DNA of 64,000 nucleotides, from assembly GCA_050945075.1 (NCBI GenBank), contig JBMNSG010000002.1, positions 5,963 through 69,962 on the forward strand, given 5' to 3'. Both the position numbers and the translations under genes were made by a program. The notes beneath the pieces are model-generated. The model saw nothing but the letters and a program-made list of their open reading frames with translations. It ran no database searches and was not told the DNA's origin. Positions 48,562 to 57,942 of the stretch are shown one piece after another. Each line of letters opens with the position of its first letter. Position 1 is the first letter of the stretch. This stretch comes from Eubacteriaceae bacterium. Its GTDB lineage: Bacteria > Bacillota > Clostridia > Eubacteriales > Eubacteriaceae.

Positions 48562-48945
48562 ATGAATAAAATTATACGATTTGGCAGTTCCAGCTTTGGC
48601 ACCAAAGCGACCCGCGTCGTTTATCATAACGATACGCTGGGCGATTGCGAAGGAATCTGCAGTTAGTGGGATCTGGCTGACAACGAAGAAGAAAAACAGC
48701 CGGCAGCACCTGCTGAACCTTCAGGAGACAACGGGAATAACGGCAGCTCCGGAAATACTGCAACAGACAGCAGCACAGGCTCTGCTTCAGGGACTGTTTC
48801 CGGGAATGCAGCATCTACAGCCGGCAGTAATGTCGGAACCGATGTACAGGACGATACAGCGGCTTCAATCTGGACACTTGCAGTACTCATTGCTGCAGCC
48901 GGACTGGGTGGTACTTTCATTATCCGTAAGCGCAAGCATTCCTGA
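48562..48945 (+). pseudogene. Small ORF interrupted by an in-frame TAG; the downstream part encodes a G/S/T/N-rich segment, a TM helix and a basic tail
   Basis: ATG at 48562, 34 codons, TAG at 48664-48666, then 92 sense codons with no in-frame ATG/GTG/TTG, ending ...AASIWTLAVLIAAAGLGGTFIIRKRKHS, TGA at 48943. A terminator lies at 49022. Confidence 0.4.
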
Positions 48946-49021
48946 TTTGTGTTGTTCGCTCAGGTATTAAAGAATCAGATAAACGATACTGTCAAAACTA
49001 ACAGGATCATGGTTAAAAGAA

Positions 49022-49051
49022 AGAGTCTGCAGATTTCTGCAGGCTCTTTTA
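49022..49051 (+). terminator. Intrinsic terminator
   Basis: agagtctgcag / attt / ctgcaggctct followed by tttt. Confidence 0.75.
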
Positions 49052-49185
49052 TGTTGTAAAAATTAACGGTCTGTAAATACAGAGGCTTATACCATTCAGA
49101 AAAAGAGCCTGCGGCTTTCTTTCTTTTTTTATGAATTCAATGCTATACTTAAAATGAATTAAAATTTAAATAAGTCAGAAGAAAA

Positions 49186-50709
49186 ATGAGCAATCAGAAT
49201 AATCAGCATTTAAACAGGCCTGGAAACAGCCGTCAGTCAGGAACGAATAGAAACTATTCCGGCCACAGCAGCAGTCAGAGCCGACAGCAGGGCAGCAGTC
49301 AGAGCAATCAGAACAGACAGCAGACAGGCAGACAGAACAGCCGACAGGCGGGAGTGAACAGAAATAATTCCGGCAGCAGTCAGAGCCGACAGCAGACAGG
49401 CAGACAGTACAACCATTCGGCAGGAGAGAACGGGAGATATTCGGGGCCCGGTGGCCGGGGCAGACAAGATGCCGGCAGGCAGTCCGGTTATTCACAGGCA
49501 AGGCGAAAGAAAAAAATCAACACCAGAAATCTCGCAATCCTGATCATTATTCTTGCGGTGGGCAGCATCGGAGTATTCGGAATACAGTTCTGGATGAACC
49601 GGGGCAGCAGCACTGAAGCAGATACACAAACAGCTGAACAAAGCAGTGAATCTGAAACAGTGCCGGAACAGGCTGCAGCACCAACGGATGAAGAAAAGAA
49701 AACTGCGAAAGCCGCGAGTCTGATCTCCAGCATGAGCCAGGACGAAAAGATTGGTCAGCTGTTTCTGGCCCGTGTTCCGGAATCAGGTGCCATCGATGAC
49801 ATTACGACTTATAAGCTGGGCGGTTATCTGATTTTCGGCCGTGACGTCGAAGGTGAAACCACAGACAGCTTTAAGGCAAAAGTACAGAGCTGGCAGGATG
49901 CGGCATCAACACCAATGCTCATCGCTTCGGATGAAGAAGGCGGCACGGTCACCCGCGTCAGCTATGGTGACGGGATGGTGGGAACGGCTTTCGCTTCGCC
50001 ACAGGATCTGTATGCTCAGGGCGGACTGGATGCCATTGCCGCAGATACAAAAATAAAATCGGGTATTCTCAAAAATCTGGGAATCAATGTCAATCTGGCA
50101 CCGGTAGCCGACGTTGCGGAAGATCCGAACAGTTTCATGTATGACCGTACACTTGGCCAGGATGCCCAGGGTGAAGCGGAATATGTAAAAACCGTAGTCG
50201 AGAATATGCAGGGAACAGGAGTCGGGAGTTGTCTGAAACATTTCCCGGGTTATGGTGAAAACGGCGATTCCCACACGGATATCATTCACGATACAAGGGA
50301 TCTGGATCATTTTGAAACCATTGATTTTATCCCGTTCAAAGCAGGTATTGATGCAGGAGCAGGCAGTGTTCTGATCTCACATAATATTGCCGAAGCCATT
50401 GATGCAGATGAACCGGCTTCACTGTCACCGGCCGTGCACCAGGTGCTTCGGGATGAACTTGGGTTTAACGGCGTCATCATCACGGATGATTTCGATATGG
50501 CAGGTCTGGCGGATTATACTGACCAGAATACCGCGGCAGTAGATACCATCAATGCCGGCAGTGATCTTATTATTTCATCGTCGTACGCTGCCCAGATCAG
50601 TGCTGTCAGTGATGCGGTTAATAACGGGACGATCAGCGAGGATACGCTGGAAGCGGCTGTTGCAAAAGTTCTGAAGTGGAAAATGGATCTGGGGCTGATT
50701 TCCTATTAA
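49186..50709 (+). CDS. Glycoside hydrolase family 3, NagZ/YbbD-like beta-N-acetylhexosaminidase, with a Q/S/R/N-rich N-terminus and a TM anchor
   Basis: 507 aa. KHFPGYGENGDSH catalytic region and LIASDEEGG. TM helix LAILIIILAVGSIGVFGIQFW after ~105 low-complexity residues. Confidence 0.8.
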   Translation: MSNQNNQHLNRPGNSRQSGTNRNYSGHSSSQSRQQGSSQSNQNRQQTGRQNSRQAGVNRNNSGSSQSRQQTGRQYNHSAGENGRYSGPGGRGRQDAGRQSGYSQARRKKKINTRNLAILIIILAVGSIGVFGIQFWMNRGSSTEADTQTAEQSSESETVPEQAAAPTDEEKKTAKAASLISSMSQDEKIGQLFLARVPESGAIDDITTYKLGGYLIFGRDVEGETTDSFKAKVQSWQDAASTPMLIASDEEGGTVTRVSYGDGMVGTAFASPQDLYAQGGLDAIAADTKIKSGILKNLGINVNLAPVADVAEDPNSFMYDRTLGQDAQGEAEYVKTVVENMQGTGVGSCLKHFPGYGENGDSHTDIIHDTRDLDHFETIDFIPFKAGIDAGAGSVLISHNIAEAIDADEPASLSPAVHQVLRDELGFNGVIITDDFDMAGLADYTDQNTAAVDTINAGSDLIISSSYAAQISAVSDAVNNGTISEDTLEAAVAKVLKWKMDLGLISY

Positions 50710-50765
50710 TGCACAGGTGATTCTGAGCGGCAAAAGAACCGGTAAAACATGGATCAGACTTCAAC

Positions 50766-50806
50766 GAAAAAAAGGTATCGCAAATTTTTGCGATACCTTT
50801 TTTGTT
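50766..50806. terminator. Bidirectional terminator
   Basis: aaaggtatcgcaaa / tt / tttgcgataccttt (the apex probably opens into a loop), flanked by A- and T-runs, between convergent genes. Confidence 0.8.
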
Positions 50807-51569
50807 ATCTCTTGATGCTGGATAAAAACTCCCGTGTCCGGGGCTGTTTGGGATTCGTGAAGATTTCTTCCGGAGTTCCTTCTTCGAGGATAATCCCGTC
50901 ATTCATAAACAGCACCTTGCTGGCGGCACTGCGGGCGAAGGACATTTCATGGGTAACAACGACCATGGTCATATGTTCTTCTGCCAGTTTTTCCATAACC
51001 TTGAGCACTTCACCGGTCAGTTCCGGGTCAAGTGCTGAAGTCGGTTCATCGAAGAGCAGGATGTCCGGGCACATCATCAGGGCCCGGGCAATGGCGACAC
51101 GCTGTTTTTCACCGCCGGATAGTGTAGACGGCATGGCGTCAATACGGCTGGAAAGCCCGACCTTATCCAGGTAATAGGCAGTACGTTCAGCTATTTCGGA
51201 TTCCGTCCCGATCCCGCGCTGTTTGGGTGCCAGTTCCAGATTTTCTCTGACGGTCAGATGCGGGAAAAGGTTAAAATGCTGGAATACCATCCCCATACTG
51301 GCAATGATTTCCCGTTTATCTTTGGGTGCTGCCTGTACGCCGCTGTCAATGAGCTTGCGTCCGTTAATGCTGATGGTTCCGCCATCTGCATCTTCCAGAT
51401 CGATCAGACAGCGCAGCAGCGTTGATTTTCCGGATCCGGAGGACCCGATAATGGCAATGACATCGCCTTTATCGACTTCAAAGTTGATACCTTTTAAGAC
51501 CTGATTCTGATCGAAGCTTTTTGAGAGATTATCGACACGGATGATCTGTTCGTTATTCATTTCTTTCAC
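50805..51569 (-). CDS. Amino-acid ABC transporter ATP-binding protein (GlnQ-like)
   Basis: 254 aa. Walker [10 protein letters not shown], signature LSGGEKQR and Walker [12 protein letters not shown]. Confidence 0.92.
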   Translation of the reverse strand: MKEMNNEQIIRVDNLSKSFDQNQVLKGINFEVDKGDVIAIIGSSGSGKSTLLRCLIDLEDADGGTISINGRKLIDSGVQAAPKDKREIIASMGMVFQHFNLFPHLTVRENLELAPKQRGIGTESEIAERTAYYLDKVGLSSRIDAMPSTLSGGEKQRVAIARALMMCPDILLFDEPTSALDPELTGEVLKVMEKLAEEHMTMVVVTHEMSFARSAASKVLFMNDGIILEEGTPEEIFTNPKQPRTREFLSSIKR

Positions 51570-52226
51570 CTACTGTTCGTATTTCTTTTCAAGCTTCTTG
51601 AAAACAAAGGTTATGACAAAGTTAATAAGCAGATAGAGCAGAGCTGCCAGAACGAAGGGGAATGGTGTACCATCGCGGTTGACTTCAGTTTTGGCATAAT
51701 GAAGAATTTCCGTAACTCCGATTACCGTGACCAGCGCTGTATCTTTTAAAAGTGTGATGGTTTCATTGCTGATAGAAGGCAGGCAGACACGAATCATCTG
51801 CGGGATAATAACCTTGGTCATGGTTTCAAAGTGAGTCAGCCCAAGTACCTTTGAGGCTTCGTACTGGCCGGCATCGATGGCCAGCAGACCGCCGCGGAAA
51901 ATTTCGCCAAAGTAAGCTGCATAATTGAGAACGAAAGCAATGCAGGCAGAAGCGAAACGGGAGAAGGTCAGATAAGGACCGATTCCGGGAATAAGCGGCA
52001 GACCAAAATAAACAAAAAGAATCTGCAGCAGCAGAGGCGTTCCGCGCAGAATATAAACATAGGTTTCAGCAAACCAGTGAGTAAAGGAATGCTTGCTGTT
52101 CAGCTCCAGTGTGACACAGAAACCAAGCGGCATGGACAGAATCAGAGTGATCGCAAAAACAGCCAGAGTGATTCCGGCGCCTTCGATCATGGGAATTAAC
52201 AAAGTCAATATATAATCAAAACTCAT
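51570..52226 (-). CDS. Amino-acid ABC transporter permease (His/Glu/Gln/Arg/opine family)
   Basis: 218 aa, polytopic, EAS..LG motif (YEASKVLGLT). Abuts the ATPase gene. Confidence 0.9.
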   Translation of the reverse strand: MSFDYILTLLIPMIEGAGITLAVFAITLILSMPLGFCVTLELNSKHSFTHWFAETYVYILRGTPLLLQILFVYFGLPLIPGIGPYLTFSRFASACIAFVLNYAAYFGEIFRGGLLAIDAGQYEASKVLGLTHFETMTKVIIPQMIRVCLPSISNETITLLKDTALVTVIGVTEILHYAKTEVNRDGTPFPFVLAALLYLLINFVITFVFKKLEKKYEQ

Positions 52227-52307
52227 GTATGAACCTTACAGCCTTCGGGGCGAAATAAAAAAACCGGATACCTGGTATCCGGTTCAGGGTTGCCGTGTGT
52301 GTCCGGT

Positions 52308-53114
52308 TTAATTACCGGTGTAAATAATATCGGAGCCAAACCACTTTTCGGAAATCTTGGCGGCTTCTCCGTCTGCTACGATTTCGTCAAAGGCTTTCTG
52401 GATTTTGTCTCGAAGTTCGGTGTTGCCCTTCTTGACTGCGATCCCATAGGTTTCCGGCGCCAGTGTTTCATCAAGGACGGTGTAATCTGCATTTTCGTCT
52501 TTGATATACCAGTCAGCGACGACCTTGTCGACGACGACGGCATCGGTACGTCCGATTCCGAGATCCTGAAGTGCCGATACGTTTTCTTCGTAAGTGACGA
52601 CTTCCTTCAGCGAATCCTTGATGGCATCCGCATTAAGAGCATCTTCAGCAGAAGAACTCTTCTGGATTCCGACAGTTTTACCGTTCAGATCTGCTTTGGT
52701 GGTAATGTCCGAACCCTTCTTAACGACGATAACCTGTGCATTTTCAAGGTAGGGTTTGGTGAACAGCATCGCTTCTTCACGTTCAGGTGTGATTGTGAGT
52801 CCGTTCCAGATTGCATCGATGTTGCCCTGATCCAGTTCCAGTTCCTTGGCGGACCAGTCGATCTGCTGGACTTTGAGTTTCATGCCGAGTTTGTCGGCTA
52901 CGGCCTGAGCCAGGTCGATATCGAAACCGACGATATTTCCGCTTTCATCCCGGTAGCCCATGGGCGGGAACTGATCGTCTACGCCGATTACCAGCGTATT
53001 GTCGTCGTTGGACGACGAGGTATTGGTGTCGCTTGAACTTGATCCGCATCCGGACAACAGAAGCACGGACACCAGCAGCAGTGAAATGACTGCAGTCAGA
53101 TAATTCTTCTTCAT
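52308..53114 (-). CDS. Amino-acid ABC transporter substrate-binding lipoprotein
   Basis: 268 aa. Lipobox LLSGC and type-3 SBP motifs (GFDIDLA, DAIWNGLTIT). Confidence 0.9.
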   Translation of the reverse strand: MKKNYLTAVISLLLVSVLLLSGCGSSSSDTNTSSSNDDNTLVIGVDDQFPPMGYRDESGNIVGFDIDLAQAVADKLGMKLKVQQIDWSAKELELDQGNIDAIWNGLTITPEREEAMLFTKPYLENAQVIVVKKGSDITTKADLNGKTVGIQKSSSAEDALNADAIKDSLKEVVTYEENVSALQDLGIGRTDAVVVDKVVADWYIKDENADYTVLDETLAPETYGIAVKKGNTELRDKIQKAFDEIVADGEAAKISEKWFGSDIIYTGN

Positions 53115-53149
53115 AGCCCTCTCTCTTGGTACTGTAGTATATTAAAGTT

Positions 53150-53178
53150 ATTATATACTTTCATTAGAAGAATTGCAA
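53150..53178 (-). promoter_or_regulatory. Promoter of the ABC transporter operon
   Basis: Read on the minus strand: TTGCAA, a 17-nt spacer, then TATAAT, about 35 nt upstream of the SBP start. Confidence 0.5.
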
Positions 53179-53322
53179 CGAATCCGGCAGCCAGAAGACG
53201 GGTCCGGATAAAAGAAATCAGAGAAGGACTTTGCAGTGTTCAGCATGCGCTGCCGTCCGGAAAATATCAGCTTGTAAGAGCCGGATGAACGGTGACACTT
53301 AAATGCGAATCAGCTGCACGAA

Positions 53323-53805
53323 TCAGTTGAAAGAAGCTTTTTTATCGTTAAAGCTGCTCATCAGCATACGTCCCTGATCTTCTGCTATCAATCCCAGATT
53401 GAGAAGTGTCTGGACCCGGCCTTCCAGTCCGTGAATAAAGGGAATATCTTCCTTACGGAAACAGCGGGTGAGGTCGCGGCGGATTTCCTGAGGTACAACA
53501 CGCTGGATCTGCTGGATTTCCTTATCTGAGATAGTGACCGGACGCAGCTCATTGCGCATGGCAAACTGAGGATATTCTCCTGCGGTAACGGATGATGGAT
53601 CTCTGAGCGCTCTTTTGATGTAACGGCTGATAAGATGATATTCATCCGGGCTGATGATTTCGATCTGATATAGTTCCTTGGCAATGCCTTCGGCAGTGCT
53701 CAGTGTTTTGATGCGGTCATGATCGGAATGTAGAATCATTTCCTGTAGCTGGATAAGACTCTGATCGTGTATTTCATTAATGTTTGTACTGTTGGTTAAC
53801 TGCAT
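53323..53805 (-). CDS. Hypothetical protein
   Basis: 160 aa from the ATG at 53805 (AGGAG RBS). Helical-looking; no family recognised. Confidence 0.5.
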   Translation of the reverse strand: MQLTNSTNINEIHDQSLIQLQEMILHSDHDRIKTLSTAEGIAKELYQIEIISPDEYHLISRYIKRALRDPSSVTAGEYPQFAMRNELRPVTISDKEIQQIQRVVPQEIRRDLTRCFRKEDIPFIHGLEGRVQTLLNLGLIAEDQGRMLMSSFNDKKASFN

Positions 53806-54019
53806 AAAAATCTCCTGAAGAAAATTTCGGATCACGATACCGGATCGGTTCCGGTATCTGCTATCACACGGATAAACCAGGGGTAGATAAGCAGATTTTA
53901 CGCGTCCACGAATTATTTTAAACTATTTTCAAAAAATAAAACAAATAACTTCCAATGATTGCTGAAAATTTCGGAAAAAACAGGTATATTTATTGGATTT
54001 TTCAGAATATCGGGCGGAT

Positions 54020-54382
54020 CTATCCGCCGATGGTGATGACGTAGGTTTGTTCAATGGTCTTTGATTCCCTGTTATGTTCATCTTTGGTATAAGCTTTGAC
54101 GGTTGTGTCTCCGGTAATGATAAACGGATTGGTATAGACCATCGTACTTGACGAAGTTTTCGGATCACTGCCGTCAAGTGTATAGTAAATCGTTACGCTG
54201 GTGCCCTTTGGCTTGTTCATGACGATTTTTCGTTCGCGTGTATAAGTGCCGCTGCCGGGAAGAATTTCAGGCGGGTCCGGTGCTCTGTGAAGATTATAAT
54301 AAGACAGAACGGCTGCGCTGAATATCAGAAAAGTGACGACAAGACCGAATACAAGCTTTGTTTTTCTGGAGCTGAGTGCCAT
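54020..54382 (-). CDS. Membrane-anchored protein with a chitobiase/hexosaminidase C-terminal-like (FN3-like) domain
   Basis: 120 aa from the ATG at 54382. N-terminal TM, then VTIYYTLDGSDPKTSSSTMVYTNPFIITGDTTVKAYT, typical of that domain. Confidence 0.55.
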   Translation of the reverse strand: MALSSRKTKLVFGLVVTFLIFSAAVLSYYNLHRAPDPPEILPGSGTYTRERKIVMNKPKGTSVTIYYTLDGSDPKTSSSTMVYTNPFIITGDTTVKAYTKDEHNRESKTIEQTYVITIGG

Positions 54383-54581
54383 AATATATCCCTGGAATCT
54401 GGTATGATAACGGATTACTTCTGCTGAATGAACTAAAAAAACTATCATGATTATTTTATCTGATTACAGGTGGTTTCTGGTGCTTTTTCGTAAAAAAAAG
54501 CAGTAAAGCAGCTTCTGGAGAATCTGGCTGGAACCGGAATCCCCGAAAAACTGCTTTACTGCAACAGTGTCTATTAAAAAA

Positions 54582-55670
54582 TCAATAGTCTTTTCCCAGG
54601 TTGTCTGCGGTCAGAATGGCTGCATAGACATCATCTGCCGTAACAGGGAAAGGCATATTGTGAATTGAATCGTCTTCCGCGGCAGCAGCTTCGGCAACGG
54701 CTCTGATTTTTTCCGGAGTAACCTCGGTGATGCCCAGATCTTCAAGCGTAACCGGCAGACCGACAGAAATACAGAAATCGAGAACTTCTGCCAGTTCTTC
54801 TTCCGGTGCATTTTCAAGAATCAGCTGTACCAGGGTTCCGAAGGCAACCTTTTCACCATGATACATACTGTGGGTTTCCGGTAAAACAGTCAGGCCGTTA
54901 TGGATGGCATGTGCGCCGGCGAGTCCGCCTGATTCAAAACCTATACCAGAGAGCAGGGTGTTGGCTTCTACGATGTTTTCCAGAGATCTGGTAACGACAT
55001 TGGATTCACAGGCCAGTTTTGCCAGATATCCTTCTTCAATGAGCGTATCATAGCAGAGCTCTGCAAGTGCCTGGGCAGCTCTGGTAGTGGTGCCTCCGGC
55101 ACAGCTTGACGCATTGGCGGCTTCACAGGCGCGCGCTTCGAAATATGTGGCCAGTGCATCCCCCATCCCGGAAACAAGCAGCCGGGTTGGCGCTTTAGCA
55201 GCAATTTCGGTATCCACGAGCACAACATCAGGATTCTTTTTCAGGAACAGATAGCTGTCAAAAATACCATCGTCAGTGTAAATCACGGAAAGAGCGGAGC
55301 ATGGAGCATCGGTTGATGCGATAGTCGGAACGATGATAACCGGCAGATTTTCATAGTATCCGACAGCCTTGATGGTATCGAAAATTTTTCCTCCGCCTAC
55401 ACCGATCAGAACTTCGATGCTTTTGCTTTTGCAGATATCTCCGATCCGGTCAATTTCGGACTTGCAGCATTCGCCGTTGAATGTTTCATAGATGACACTC
55501 ACATCCGCGTTTTTAAAGCTTTCGTCCAGAATTTCTTTATTGCGTTTCAGACCTCCTGCAGAAATCAGGCAGAGCGCTTTGTTGCCAAACGGAGAAGCGT
55601 AGTCTCCAAGATCTTTCAGGATGCCCTTTCCCTGGACATATTTTCCGGGAGCGATCAGTATCTGAGCCAT
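54582..55670 (-). CDS. gldA: Glycerol dehydrogenase
   Basis: 362 aa. Iron/zinc-ADH family with APGKYVQGKG, GVGGGKIFDT and HNGLT. Confidence 0.9.
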   Translation of the reverse strand: MAQILIAPGKYVQGKGILKDLGDYASPFGNKALCLISAGGLKRNKEILDESFKNADVSVIYETFNGECCKSEIDRIGDICKSKSIEVLIGVGGGKIFDTIKAVGYYENLPVIIVPTIASTDAPCSALSVIYTDDGIFDSYLFLKKNPDVVLVDTEIAAKAPTRLLVSGMGDALATYFEARACEAANASSCAGGTTTRAAQALAELCYDTLIEEGYLAKLACESNVVTRSLENIVEANTLLSGIGFESGGLAGAHAIHNGLTVLPETHSMYHGEKVAFGTLVQLILENAPEEELAEVLDFCISVGLPVTLEDLGITEVTPEKIRAVAEAAAAEDDSIHNMPFPVTADDVYAAILTADNLGKDY

Positions 55671-55811
55671 AAGAAACCTCCATTTTTTTTCAGTGTATCA
55701 CGATATGAAGACAGAACAGTCAGCAGACGGTTTTTTGCAGAAAGTCGGCGGAAAATTCTCAGAGACGGCCGTGGTTAACGAGATAAAATGGAAAATCTTC
55801 AAATTGAAATA

Positions 55812-55923
55812 AATTTCTATATGATAAATACCATGTAAATAATTGCTGTATAATTCGACATTTCAAGATAAATATCTAAAATATTAGAAATTATGTAAAA
55901 GAGATAGAAAAATCATAGAAATT
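55812..55923. promoter_or_regulatory. Reiterated TAGAAAtt motif in the gldA / sorC-type regulator divergent region
   Basis: tagaaatt at 55885 and 55916, tagaaaaa at 55905, and an inverted aatttcta at 55812. The direct copies are spaced +20 and +11 nt. Confidence 0.3.
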
Positions 55924-55998
55924 AAAGAAAAAAAGATTGCGCTGTCAAAATACTGTCGTATAATGAAAGATGTGATCGACAGTGAAAGGAGACCGCAG

Positions 55999-56952
55999 AT
56001 GATTAAAGTCGTGGATGATGAAAGACTGATCGCCAAGGTATGCGATATGTACTACAATCAGAATATCAACCAGAAGACCATCTCTGAAAAACTGGGCCTT
56101 TCCAGACCGACAATCAGCCGCGTCATTGCCAACGGCAGGGAACGTGGAATTGTCCGGATTACTGTGAATACACAGGGGGCTGCAGATCATTTTGAACTGG
56201 AACGATCACTGGAAGATCTTTTTGGGCTGAATGAGGTTATTATAACAGAGACACAGGCCGATTCTGAACAGCAGAAAGACGAGGCAGGTAAAGCCACTGC
56301 AGGCTATCTGAACCGGATTATCCGTCCGGACAGTATTGTCGGTGTTTCGATGGGTAAAACCATCAGCCATATTGCAAAATTCGTACCCAGACAGGAACTG
56401 AGGGGAACGCTGTTTGTTCCGATGATCGGCGGTCTGGGACACATCAAAATCGCTTACCATTCCAATGCCATTGCTGAAGAACTGTCAGGGGCTTTCGGCG
56501 GAAGAAACCTGATGATGCATGCTCCGGCACGGGTTTCGAGTAACGAAATCAGAGATGAAATCATGAAAGATACCGGCATTGCAGAAACGATCCGCGCTGG
56601 CGAACAGGCAGATATTGCTGTGGTCGGGATCGGTAATCCGAATTCGGAATCATCGAGTATGGCATCCGGATATTACAGTGTCGAAGAGATCGAAAGTCTG
56701 AAACGCAGACATGTGGTCGGAGACATTCTGATGCAGTTTTATGATGTTCAGGGAAACAGCAGTCTGTTCGAGAAACAACAGTCAGTAATCGGAATCCGCC
56801 TTGAACAGCTCAGGCAGATTCAGTATTCGATCGGGGTTGCCTGCGGTGTTGACAAAATCGATGCCATCCGCGGAGCGGCTGCCGGCGGTTATATCAATAC
56901 ACTGATTACCGATGTCGACACAGCCAGACTTCTGCTTTCAGATCCAAAATAG
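55999..56952 (+). CDS. SorC/DeoR-type sugar-binding transcriptional regulator
   Basis: The ATG at 55999 follows AAAGGAGA. N-terminal HTH (QKTISEKLGLSRPTISRVI) plus a C-terminal sugar-binding domain. Ends in TAG. Confidence 0.85.
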   Translation: MIKVVDDERLIAKVCDMYYNQNINQKTISEKLGLSRPTISRVIANGRERGIVRITVNTQGAADHFELERSLEDLFGLNEVIITETQADSEQQKDEAGKATAGYLNRIIRPDSIVGVSMGKTISHIAKFVPRQELRGTLFVPMIGGLGHIKIAYHSNAIAEELSGAFGGRNLMMHAPARVSSNEIRDEIMKDTGIAETIRAGEQADIAVVGIGNPNSESSSMASGYYSVEEIESLKRRHVVGDILMQFYDVQGNSSLFEKQQSVIGIRLEQLRQIQYSIGVACGVDKIDAIRGAAAGGYINTLITDVDTARLLLSDPK

Positions 56953-57102
56953 GAAACAGCCGGATCATTTGTATGTTCCCCGGGAATCAGTTTTGCAGGG
57001 GGATATGATCCGGAAATGAATCAGGTTTTACAGGAATCACCAATATATACAGCAGGCTTAACAGCCGTATTCGGGAAATGTCCCGGGAATGACAGGAGAT
57101 TT

Positions 57103-57942
57103 ATGAATACATTAGAGCTTCAGAAAAAAGCGAATGATGTTCGCAAAGGAATTATCAAGGGCGTCCACGCGGCCAAGTCGGGTCATCCGGGCGGATCGCT
57201 GTCTTCGGCAGATCTGTTTACAGTTTTATATTTCGATGAAATGAACATTGACCCCGAAAACCCGAAAAATCCGGATCGTGACCGGTTTGTGCTTTCAAAA
57301 GGACATTGTGCACCGGGCTATTACGCAGCGCTGGCAGAACGCGGTTTCTTCCCGGTAGAAGACATGCTCACACTGCGTCATGTCGGCAGCTATCTTCAGG
57401 GCCATCCGGATATGAAACATATCCCGGGTGTCGATATGTCTTCAGGTTCGCTGGGACAGGGTATTTCTGCTGCCGTCGGTATGGCACTGGCCGGCAAGCT
57501 CGATAACAAGGATTATCATGTCTATTGTCTTCTTGGCGATGGCGAAATCGAAGAAGGACAGGTTTGGGAAGCGGCTATGTTTGCAGGAGACAAACATCTG
57601 AACAATCTGATTGCATTTGTTGATTACAACAATCTGCAGATTGACGGTACCCTTGATGAAGTCAACTCACCGTGCCCGATCGACAAAAAATTCGATGCTT
57701 TTAATTTCCGCGTCATCAATGTGGAAGACGGCAACGATATCGATCAGCTCAAGGCAGCACTGGCACAGGCAAAAACACCTACAGACAAGCCGACAATGAT
57801 CGTTATGAAAACAGTCAAGGGAAAAGGCGTTTCTTTCATGGAAAACCAGGTCGGCTGGCATGGTTCTGCTCCTAATGACGAACAGTATGAACAGGCTATG
57901 AAGGAACTCGAAGAAGCAGGAGAAGCATTATGTCAGAAGTAA
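57103..57942 (+). CDS. Transketolase, N-terminal (TPP-binding) subunit
   Basis: The ATG at 57103 follows AGGAG. SGHPGGSLS and GDGEIEEGQVWEA motifs. Confidence 0.9.
   Translation: MNTLELQKKANDVRKGIIKGVHAAKSGHPGGSLSSADLFTVLYFDEMNIDPENPKNPDRDRFVLSKGHCAPGYYAALAERGFFPVEDMLTLRHVGSYLQGHPDMKHIPGVDMSSGSLGQGISAAVGMALAGKLDNKDYHVYCLLGDGEIEEGQVWEAAMFAGDKHLNNLIAFVDYNNLQIDGTLDEVNSPCPIDKKFDAFNFRVINVEDGNDIDQLKAALAQAKTPTDKPTMIVMKTVKGKGVSFMENQVGWHGSAPNDEQYEQAMKELEEAGEALCQK

Noticed and set aside
48664-48666. Genome-wide TAG reassignment (pyrrolysine or code 15-like)
   Set aside because: TAG cleanly terminates ppx (8650), etfB (15129), the 717-aa membrane protein (26620) and the SorC regulator at family-typical lengths. 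Any decoding here would therefore have to be local.
48581-48970. 129-aa + strand ORF from the track
   Set aside because: It lies in a different frame from the segment that looks coding. Its translation is Q/L/P-rich without structure, whereas the alternative frame gives a clean linker-TM-basic tail architecture.
52290-53036. 248-aa + strand ORF
   Set aside because: It is antisense to the ABC substrate-binding lipoprotein gene.
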